A stretch of DNA of 46,627 nt. It comes from Thalassotalea sp. GTDB taxonomy: Bacteria; Pseudomonadota; Gammaproteobacteria; Enterobacterales; Alteromonadaceae. A model generated the notes under the pieces. It searched no databases. It was not told the origin of the DNA and saw only the letters and a program-made list of their open reading frames with translations. Location of the stretch: assembly GCA_029249355.1 (NCBI GenBank), contig JAQWHO010000178.1:1-46627 (forward strand), in the 5' to 3' direction. The translations under genes and the position numbers were made by a program. Shown one piece after another: positions 39,037-46,627 of this stretch (positions are counted from its first letter, which is position 1; each line of letters begins with the position of its first letter).

Positions 39037-39316
39037 TGTTTCAGCGGTTTGATAGGGGCTTTGTAAGCAGTGTCAAACTCAACATATTTGAAATTAAATA
39101 GAAACAGTTTCAAGGGTGAACAGCTGTCATCACTTTTAGATGGAATGCCCAATTAAACTTTTTCATACCAATTTAATGTATCTGATGAGCACTATCAGGC
39201 ATTAATCTGAGCATTAGTTGATATTGTTATTTTATAAAATGAAATAACGTTCATCTAATGAGGTGGGCAACTCTCATACTCAGATAAACATACAGCAATA
39301 TATTTAGGAGTTAGAC

Positions 39317-40201
39317 ATGACAAAACCTACTATAGGTTTCATAGGCCTTGGCCTTATGGGCGGCAACATGGTTGAAAATCTTCAAAAACGTGGCTTTAAA
39401 GTAAATGTAATGGATCTTAATAAAGATGCTGTTACGAAGGTTCTTGCTCGTGGCAATGCTACTGAAGTTTCTTCAGGTAAAGAGTTAGCTGAAAAAAGTG
39501 ACATCGTGATGCTTGCGCTTACGACTTCTGCAGTAGTTGAATTAGTTGTTTATGCTGAAGACGGTATTTTAGCAGGCATGTCTGAAGGCAAAACATTAAT
39601 TGATTTTGGTACTTCTATTCCTGCTTCTACACGTCAAATTGGTGCTGACCTTGCTAAAAAGGGTGCAGGCATGATTGACGCTCCTTTAGGTCGTACTCCT
39701 GCTCACGCTAAAGATGGTTTATTAAACATTATGGCTGCGTGTGATATTGATACATTTAATAAAGTTAAGCCTGTTCTTGACGAGCAAGGCGAAAACGTAT
39801 TCCACCTTGGTGCACTTGGTGCGGGTCACACAACTAAGTTAATTAATAATTTTATCGGTATGACTACGGTTACTGCTATGTCACAAGCTTTTGCTGTTGC
39901 TAAAGCTGCTGGTGTTGATGGTCAACAATTGTTTGACATTATGTCAGCAGGCCCATCTAACTCGCCATTTATGCAGTTCTGTAAGTTCTATGCTGTAGAC
40001 GGTGATGAAAAGTTAGGTTTCTCTGTAGCTAATGCAAACAAAGATCTTGGTTACTTCAACCAAATGGTTCAGGATTTAGGCTCTGAGTCTTTAATTGCTC
40101 AAGGTACTTCAGCTAACTTACAAGCTGCTGTAGATGCCGGTTTAGGTCAAAACGATGTACCGGTAATTTTCGACTACTTTAATACTCAGTTAGAGAAGTA
40201 A
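39317..40201 (+). CDS. NAD(P)-dependent beta-hydroxyacid dehydrogenase (3-hydroxyisobutyrate / tartronate semialdehyde reductase family)
   Basis: IGFIGLGLMGG, IDFGTS, IDAPLGR, GAGHTTKLINN (catalytic Lys), KDLGY. Confidence 0.9.
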   Translation: MTKPTIGFIGLGLMGGNMVENLQKRGFKVNVMDLNKDAVTKVLARGNATEVSSGKELAEKSDIVMLALTTSAVVELVVYAEDGILAGMSEGKTLIDFGTSIPASTRQIGADLAKKGAGMIDAPLGRTPAHAKDGLLNIMAACDIDTFNKVKPVLDEQGENVFHLGALGAGHTTKLINNFIGMTTVTAMSQAFAVAKAAGVDGQQLFDIMSAGPSNSPFMQFCKFYAVDGDEKLGFSVANANKDLGYFNQMVQDLGSESLIAQGTSANLQAAVDAGLGQNDVPVIFDYFNTQLEK

Positions 40202-40455
40202 TTCGAATATATCATGCTTCGGTTAATGTTGGTATTAATTGACTGAAGTCGGATTAGTTTAATAGATGAAGTTTTAACTTGTTATAATTTCTAGTGTTTA
40301 CTTGATTAGGTTCAAATTGAGTGATTACCGACAATGGCTTTATCTATTGAACAAAAATAAATTTAAGTGCTCGCGTACTAAAATAGTCTTATTAAAGTTT
40401 GATGACTTTATAAGCAGTTAAGATGATTAAAATTAAATGGATTTAATGTTTTTAT

Positions 40456-40481
40456 AGCCTCTCATTGAGAGGCTTTTTTTT
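40456..40481 (+). terminator. Rho-independent terminator
   Basis: AGCCTCTCA-T-TGAGAGGCT followed by a long T run. Confidence 0.88.
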
Positions 40482-40800
40482 GCCTGAAATTATGTGCGCC
40501 ACTGTTTATTTAATGGATCTAGCTATAACTATTAACAGAGGACTTATAATTAATAGCTTCTAATTAATAGCTAATGATAAATAAGTGTTTGATAGGAAAG
40601 TGCTTGATAAAAACTTACGGAGCCTTATGAACCATATATAGCGTTTAATCAGGCTGGTAATAAGAAATATGACTCAACTATACGATAGTAGTGTTATGGG
40701 TATACAGACACAGTCTGGATTGATTTATGAGGGAGTAAAGAAAACAGTGAAAGCAGGGCAAGAGTTTAACTCAATCGTTAACTTAAATACTGTAACTAAC

Positions 40801-41538
40801 CTAAACTCTTGGGACTAAATTTTCGATAGAATAAAGACCACGTTTTTCACTGTTTTTACGTTTTATTTCTTCAAGGGCTCTTGATTCTTCCGCATCAAAT
40901 AATTTGTTGATCAAGCGGTTGAAGTGACCATGCATAGCATGCCTAGCTTCATTAGCATCTCTAGATTTTAATGCTTGATATATAGCACGATGTTCTTCAA
41001 TGGTTTGAGAATTACTTTTGCTACAAACACTATCATAATCTCGAATAATTTCTTGAGTAGAGCTTCTTAATGCCCATAAGTTTTGCACGGAAGCTATCAT
41101 CGCAGCATTGCGCGTTGACGTTGCAATAATATTATGGAATTTTTTATCTGCTTGTTGAATGTCTTTACCATTTTCCATATCAATTAACGTTTGATGTAAC
41201 TCTGTTAATTCTTCCTCGGTAATTGTTGTTGCGCTTAAAGCGGCAACTTCACCTTCAATTAAGGCTCTTGCTTGAGTAACTTCGAAGGCATTGATCTTGT
41301 TTTTGGCAAGCGTGGTGTTGGCTGAATCAAGTACATAAACCCCAGAACCGGTTTTTACTTCAACTTTCTCTCTCGCTTCAAGCGCAATTATAGCTTCGCG
41401 AACGGTAGGTCTGCTGACTTGAAAAGACTCTGCTAATTCTCGTTCTGGCGGTAAACGACTACCTGCGGGATATTCTCCTGCATTAATAGAGGCTTCAATT
41501 TTATCAACAATTTGCCAAAACATTCGACGATTAGCCAT
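40801..41538 (-). CDS. GntR/FadR-family regulator (wHTH + FCD), probable alginate/uronate repressor
   Basis: GSRLPPERELAESFQVSRPTVREA, GSGVYV; FCD motifs ARALIEG, DKKFHNIIA, EEHRAIY, AMHGHF. Confidence 0.92.
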   Translation of the reverse strand: MANRRMFWQIVDKIEASINAGEYPAGSRLPPERELAESFQVSRPTVREAIIALEAREKVEVKTGSGVYVLDSANTTLAKNKINAFEVTQARALIEGEVAALSATTITEEELTELHQTLIDMENGKDIQQADKKFHNIIATSTRNAAMIASVQNLWALRSSTQEIIRDYDSVCSKSNSQTIEEHRAIYQALKSRDANEARHAMHGHFNRLINKLFDAEESRALEEIKRKNSEKRGLYSIENLVPRV

Positions 41539-41688
41539 GGGAGTACCTTTTTGAAAATTCTATTTTTAAAACAAAAAACACATATTATCGCCATCTGTAA
41601 ACATTGGCAAAATATATCTTACCGTTACCTTGTTTAAATAACTATTACAATACATATTTCTAATTCACTGTAAAGACTACATTAAATT

Positions 41689-41769
41689 ATTGGTAATAAC
41701 AAATATTATTGGTAAAGATGTAATTGGTAAAATAAGTGATTGACAATTGGTTAGGTGATTGGTTAAATT
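41689..41769 (+). promoter_or_regulatory. TBDT promoter with five ATTGGT(A/T)A operator half-sites
   Basis: ATTGGTAA at 41689, 41708, 41723; ATTGGTTA at 41746, 41758; TTGACA at 41740-41745; -10-like TAAATT at 41764. Confidence 0.7.
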
Positions 41770-41834
41770 TAGTTGATATTGCTGTATATAGGTAAATTGT
41801 TCAGCTAACAAAATATAAAATCCAACTGGGGGAG

Positions 41835-44800
41835 GTGAACGTGAAACTTAATAAAATTAGTAACGCTCTAAGAAAAAACCGAACATTTATAGCCAGCACC
41901 GCAATAACGGCTTTGCTAACTGCACCTGCTTATGCATTTCAAGAAGCTGAACAAAGCATTGAAAAAGCAAGTACTATTGAAGTGGCTAATAAAGCGGGTG
42001 AAATTGAAGTTATTGAAGTACGCGGTATGCGCGGCACAATGACTCGTTCACTTAATGAAAAGAAAAATACTACGGCAATTGTTGATGCTATTGCTGCAGC
42101 AGACTTTGGTGATTTACCGGGCCTTTCATTATCTGATGTTATAGAAAATGTTTCGGGTGCTTCTGGTCACCGCTTAAAGGGTAGCCAAAACGAAATATCA
42201 ATTCGTGGATTGGGTTCATACTGGGGTTATTCAACGTTTAACGGACGTACTATCACCAACGCGGGCCCAGGTCGTGCAGTTAATTTTAAAAAATTCCCAT
42301 CAAGCCTTGTTGATAAAGTGACTATTTATAAATCACAACAAGCAAATTTAGTGGAAGGTGGTACTTCAGGTACTATCGAAGTTGGTTCTTTACGCGCGGT
42401 TGATTACGGTAAAAGTAAAACAACGGTTGAAGCGCAAGCGTCAAATAACAGTTACTATACAGATGCTGATAACCAATCAGAGTGGGGTAATAAATTCACT
42501 CTTTCTACCGTGCAAAGTTTTGAAACCGAATCGTTCGGTGATATGGGTTTCAGTTTAGGTTTTGTACAAAGCAACTCTGCTAACCCAGAAGAAAACTATG
42601 GTAGTAGTTCAACATTAGCAGCATGTAGTTTTAGAGCGGCTGATGGCTCACCTTTAACGACAAACAACGGCGACAATGAACGTTGTGGTGATCGTGATTT
42701 AAACAGCAGTAACAATAATATGCCTGATAATGACTCGATGGTGAGTCCAGGTCGTTCAGCTGATCTAGTAACTTTAGGTCCAAATGCTGATGTTGATAGA
42801 TTTGGTGTAAATGGTGCCGATCATTTAGCTAAATTTGATCCAAATTCTATTTTCTTTATTCCTGATGATTCATATTGGCGTACCGGTCGCGACGAAGATG
42901 AACGTCGTAATATCGTTGGTACTTTCCAGTGGGTGCCAAATGAACAATGGGATATTAATTTAGATTATGCTTCATCACGTTTAGAATATACTGAAGATCG
43001 TATGGAACTCGCGCAAGAGCGTGGTAAAAACTTAAACCCAGAATCATTAATTATTGATGATTCTGGAAACCTTATTTATGAAGAAGGTGAAGGTAAACTT
43101 ACGTTACAAGGTGAAAACCGTTACCAACTAGATGAATATGATGGTTTTGGTTTGAATATTGATTTTGAACCTAATGATAATTTGGTGCTTTCTTTTGATG
43201 CTTCTTATTCAAAATCTTATCGTTACCGTTTACGCCAACGTGCAAAGTTTCGTCATGAATCTACTACCGCTTATTCATTAGACTCAAGAGGAACCGTTCC
43301 TAAGCTATATCTTGGTGATCATGAGCAAATTGAAAACGCTAACTTCTTCTATTCTTCACAAGGCGGATCACTCGTTGAGAATCCAAATTATGGTGGTGCT
43401 GCATTTGACGTAAGCAACATGGCAAGCTTCATTAATAGTGATGGTGGTGCCTATTTAGAATACGGTCGTGAGAACGATGAACGTGAAGATGATATTTGGG
43501 CGGTTAAATTTGATACCAAATACTCATTTGATGATTATGAAGTAATTTCTTCTATTGAAGCGGGCGTACGTTATTCACGTGAGCATTTATATGATTACTC
43601 AGGTATTCAAACAGCATTTAACGTAGATGACGGTTCTCGTCGTCCTATCGATGACAACTGGAACTCAGATGATCATGTTGATAGAGACGGGGCTAATAAT
43701 GATTTTGATAGCTTATATCCTGATGAACATGCACAAGTGACTGCAGCTGCAGCGGCCTGTGGAGATAATGGTCATAGCCTTGAAGGCTTTATGGACAGCT
43801 CTGGCGGTGCAGCAGATGCAGGTAACTTCCTAACGTTTGACGCACAATGTTTAATTGGTGCTTATTTAGGCCAAGTAGGTTTCCTTTCTCCGGGTGGCAA
43901 CAATCCTAATATTGGTTATTACGATATTGGTGAAGATCCAGACAAACGTAGTGGTCAAGTAAAAGATGTTAGAGAAGATACAACAGCATTATATGCAATG
44001 GCGTGGATTGATACTGAGTTTTCAGGTATTCCTGTCTCAGGTAACGTAGGTATTCGTTATGTTAAAACTGAAACTAGCTCACAATCTTGGGGTGAAAAAG
44101 CGATTTTAACGCAATCGTTTTCCGAAGTAGATGATCCATTAACAGAAGATATTGATGAAGTCGGTCTTGAGCAGTGGAATTATACTTCTGAAACAGGTGA
44201 AGTTTATTTGGAAGATGACTATTCAGAATTCTTACCAAGTTTAAACCTTACCTTTCATCTTAGTGATGAATTATATTTAAGAACTGCAGCTTATCGTTCA
44301 ATGTCTCGTTTTGCGATGAATGCAATGTCTGCAGGGCAAAGCTTGACTGATTGTAACTCTGCTGACACCAGCGAAAGCGCGACCTGTGGCAGTTACGATT
44401 CACAATTAGTGTCGGGTTATGCACAAGGTAATATGATGAATCCATTTACCGCTAATAACTTTGATTTATCTTTAGAGTGGTACCCAAGTTTGGATATGGC
44501 CGTTACTTTAGCGGGTTATTGGAAAAACTTTACCGGTGGTACAAAGTTGGTGATTGAAAACCGTGTGCCTACTGTGACGAATGTTTCAGCAGATGGAACG
44601 GTTACCGTAGGTGATTATTCACATGAAATTCCTTACAGTGTGAACCAAGTAGCTGATGATGAATCAACCATTAAAGGCTTTGAATTAACTTTCCAAAAGC
44701 ATTTTGCTGAGTTACCTGGTATTTGGAGTGGTTTAGGTATTAAAGGTGCATGGAACCATGCGGTTTCTGACTTTAATTCTGAAGAGCCTGCTAACTGGGG

Positions 44801-45143
44801 CATTAGCCCGGATGCAAACTTAATGGGATTTTCTAAAAACGTTGCTTCAGGTTCTATCTACTGGGAAGGTGATAACTTATCTATGCGTTTAATGTATAAA
44901 TACCGTTCACGTTATTTCCAACCAAACGACTTACCATTTCCTCATAAAGGTAATCGTTGGGTAGAAGATAGTGATTATGTTGATGCGGCTATCAAGTACA
45001 AAATCAATAAGAGTGTTTCAGTATCGTTAAAAGCACTTAACTTACTAGAAGAAGCACAAGTAATGACACGTGGCCCAGGAACTGTATCTGATTATTCATT
45101 CTCAGGTCGTAAGTTTTTCCTTGGGGTGAAAGCGAGCTTTTAA
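41835..45143 (+). CDS. TonB-dependent transporter, probably for alginate oligosaccharides
   Basis: GTG after GGGGAG; TonB box EVIEVRG; VDAIAAADFGDLP, ISIRGLG, YKSQQANLVEGG; NFDLSLEWY; C-terminal KASF; upstream of a PL6 lyase. Confidence 0.92.
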   Translation: MNVKLNKISNALRKNRTFIASTAITALLTAPAYAFQEAEQSIEKASTIEVANKAGEIEVIEVRGMRGTMTRSLNEKKNTTAIVDAIAAADFGDLPGLSLSDVIENVSGASGHRLKGSQNEISIRGLGSYWGYSTFNGRTITNAGPGRAVNFKKFPSSLVDKVTIYKSQQANLVEGGTSGTIEVGSLRAVDYGKSKTTVEAQASNNSYYTDADNQSEWGNKFTLSTVQSFETESFGDMGFSLGFVQSNSANPEENYGSSSTLAACSFRAADGSPLTTNNGDNERCGDRDLNSSNNNMPDNDSMVSPGRSADLVTLGPNADVDRFGVNGADHLAKFDPNSIFFIPDDSYWRTGRDEDERRNIVGTFQWVPNEQWDINLDYASSRLEYTEDRMELAQERGKNLNPESLIIDDSGNLIYEEGEGKLTLQGENRYQLDEYDGFGLNIDFEPNDNLVLSFDASYSKSYRYRLRQRAKFRHESTTAYSLDSRGTVPKLYLGDHEQIENANFFYSSQGGSLVENPNYGGAAFDVSNMASFINSDGGAYLEYGRENDEREDDIWAVKFDTKYSFDDYEVISSIEAGVRYSREHLYDYSGIQTAFNVDDGSRRPIDDNWNSDDHVDRDGANNDFDSLYPDEHAQVTAAAAACGDNGHSLEGFMDSSGGAADAGNFLTFDAQCLIGAYLGQVGFLSPGGNNPNIGYYDIGEDPDKRSGQVKDVREDTTALYAMAWIDTEFSGIPVSGNVGIRYVKTETSSQSWGEKAILTQSFSEVDDPLTEDIDEVGLEQWNYTSETGEVYLEDDYSEFLPSLNLTFHLSDELYLRTAAYRSMSRFAMNAMSAGQSLTDCNSADTSESATCGSYDSQLVSGYAQGNMMNPFTANNFDLSLEWYPSLDMAVTLAGYWKNFTGGTKLVIENRVPTVTNVSADGTVTVGDYSHEIPYSVNQVADDESTIKGFELTFQKHFAELPGIWSGLGIKGAWNHAVSDFNSEEPANWGISPDANLMGFSKNVASGSIYWEGDNLSMRLMYKYRSRYFQPNDLPFPHKGNRWVEDSDYVDAAIKYKINKSVSVSLKALNLLEEAQVMTRGPGTVSDYSFSGRKFFLGVKASF

Positions 45144-45215
45144 CTTAGTTCTTTTTTTAACTTAGCCCTGCTTTAATTTAAAGTGATGCTAAACGTTATA
45201 AGTATAAATGTAAGT

Positions 45216-45263
45216 AAAAATGGAGTTCTCTTTTACGGGTGTAATTGAGAACTCACTATTTTT
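45216..45263 (+). other. Intergenic stem-loop between TBDT and PL6 lyase
   Basis: GAGTTCTC (45223-45230) pairs with GAGAACTC (45247-45254), inner TTAC/GTAA, outer AAAAAT/ATTTTT. Confidence 0.6.
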
Positions 45264-45301
45264 AAGTATAAGTTTTTAAGAATGACTCTTTTGAGGTAAA
45301 T

Positions 45302-46627
45302 ATGTACAAATCAAAACTTTTTCAAACGGTATTTTTATCAAGTTTATTTATATTAATCACTGCTGCTTGCCAACCATCAACGGCAAAATCTTGGTTAGTG
45401 AGTTCTCAAGTCGAATATAAAAATGCACTCGATAAATTGTCAGCAGGCGATGAAATCGTTTTGTCTAATGGTACATGGAATAATTTTGAAATTTTATTTA
45501 AAGGTGAAGGGACAGAAAATGCGCCAATCACATTAAAAGCAGAAACAAATGGTAAAGTATTTTTAACTGGGCAATCTAATTTAAGATTAGCGGGTAAATA
45601 CTTAGTTGTTTCAGGTTTAGTATTTAAAGACGGTTACACGCCAAGTAGCGCGGTTATCGAATATCGTCAAAATAAAAAGAATTTAGCTTATCACTCACGC
45701 GTTACAGAAGTGGTAATAGAAGACTACTCAAACCCTGATAAAGCAGAAGGCGACTATTGGGTTAGCATGTATGGAAAACATAACCGTTTTGATCATAGCT
45801 ACTTAGCCGGTAAACGTAACAAAGGCGTTACTATGGCGGTTCGTTTAAATACCGAAGACAGTCAAGAAAACCACCACCAAATTGACCACAACTATTTTGG
45901 TCCTCGACCTATATTAGGTTCAAATGGTGGTGAAACGTTAAGAATTGGTACTAGTCATTACTCATTAAGTAATTCATTCACTAAAGTAGAAAACAACTAT
46001 TTTGACCGTTGTAATGGTGAAGTAGAAATTATTTCGGTTAAATCAGGTAAAAATGAATTAATTAACAATACCTTTTTTGAATCTCGTGGCACATTAACCT
46101 TACGTCATGGTAACGGTAATATTATTAAAGATAACGTTTTCTTCGGTAATGGTGTTGATCATACTGGCGGTATTCGCGTGATTAACAAAGACCAAATCAT
46201 TCGTAATAACTATATGGAAGGGTTAACAGGCTACCGTTTTGGAAGTGGCTTTACGGTGATGAACGGCGTTCCTAATTCGCCGATTAATCGTTATCACCAA
46301 GTTGAAAATGCCTTAATTGAAAATAACTCAATGATTAATGTTGACCATGTTCAACTTTCTGCCGGTAGCGATGCTGAACGTTCAGCGGCACCATTAAATA
46401 GTAAAATTCAGAACAACTTAGTGTTTAATGAAAACGGCAAACAACCTTTTACATTATTTGATGATGTTTCAGGTATCGCTTTTGAAAATAACTTAACGAA
46501 CAGCACACCATTAACTGAAATAGCGAAAGGCTTTCAGGTTAAAAAATTAACACTAGAGCGTGCTGAAAATGGTTTGTTATATCCTGTTGGTGAAAGTGCT
46601 GATGAAAGTATTGGTGCGGATAAATCC
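45302..46627 (+). CDS. Polysaccharide lyase family 6 alginate lyase (chondroitinase-B-like beta-helix); runs off window end
   Basis: Not in the ORF track; ATG 45302 after GAGG: MYKSKLF...ITAAC...AGDEIVLSNGTW...GTENAPITLKAE...IDHNYFGPRPILGSNGGETLRIGTSHYS...CNGEVEIISVKS...GTLTLRHGNGN (catalytic Lys/Arg motifs of PL6). Confidence 0.93.
   Translation, partial: MYKSKLFQTVFLSSLFILITAACQPSTAKSWLVSSQVEYKNALDKLSAGDEIVLSNGTWNNFEILFKGEGTENAPITLKAETNGKVFLTGQSNLRLAGKYLVVSGLVFKDGYTPSSAVIEYRQNKKNLAYHSRVTEVVIEDYSNPDKAEGDYWVSMYGKHNRFDHSYLAGKRNKGVTMAVRLNTEDSQENHHQIDHNYFGPRPILGSNGGETLRIGTSHYSLSNSFTKVENNYFDRCNGEVEIISVKSGKNELINNTFFESRGTLTLRHGNGNIIKDNVFFGNGVDHTGGIRVINKDQIIRNNYMEGLTGYRFGSGFTVMNGVPNSPINRYHQVENALIENNSMINVDHVQLSAGSDAERSAAPLNSKIQNNLVFNENGKQPFTLFDDVSGIAFENNLTNSTPLTEIAKGFQVKKLTLERAENGLLYPVGESADESIGADKS

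Noticed and set aside
39182-39250. CTGATGAG resembling a hammerhead ribozyme core
   Set aside because: No stem II closing onto CGAAA and no compatible stems I/III
2220-44445. Small nested ORFs in the track (2220, 7923, 8262, 9366, 9903, 10245, 11893, 14573, 15774, 16302, 16424, 22072, 22549, 29400, 30060, 30740, 31010, 34318, 35188, 35535, 35873, 42358, 44260)
   Set aside because: They lie within or antisense to well-supported genes and show no recognisable motifs

Overview
AT-rich window from a marine gammaproteobacterium, most consistent with Colwelliaceae (Colwellia/Thalassotalea-like). This is inferred from gene content and style, not a database result. It has four blocks. (1) 1-23.2 kb is mostly housekeeping: a partial penicillin-acylase-family gene, a SufS-like desulfurase, a MocA-like transferase, DUF2058, glutaredoxin, msrPQ, a secreted amidohydrolase pair, yeaD, a GGDEF protein, mutH / rppH-ptsP-tauE-thyA, trhP-yfhL, an HDOD protein, rdgC and an orphan histidine kinase. 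(2) 23.3-37.9 kb is a phosphate-starvation island: porin, phoB-phoR, a lone pstS, an acidic beta-helix-like lipoprotein with a TonB-dependent transporter, and a complete six-gene TtpB/TtpC/ExbB/ExbD/TonB/TtpD energiser. All five promoters carry 11-bp-phased Pho boxes exactly 10 bp upstream of a -10 hexamer. (3) About 38 kb holds a decayed solute-binding-protein pseudogene at the junction. (4) 39.3 kb to the end is the start of an alginate utilisation locus: a beta-hydroxyacid dehydrogenase, a GntR/FadR regulator with repeated ATTGGT(A/T)A sites, a large TonB-dependent transporter and a partial PL6 lyase. The best candidate for a poorly described system is the PhoB-controlled lipoprotein + TBDT + dedicated TonB motor, a putative active outer-membrane phosphorus-scavenging machine. 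No rRNA, tRNA, CRISPR array or transposase was seen.
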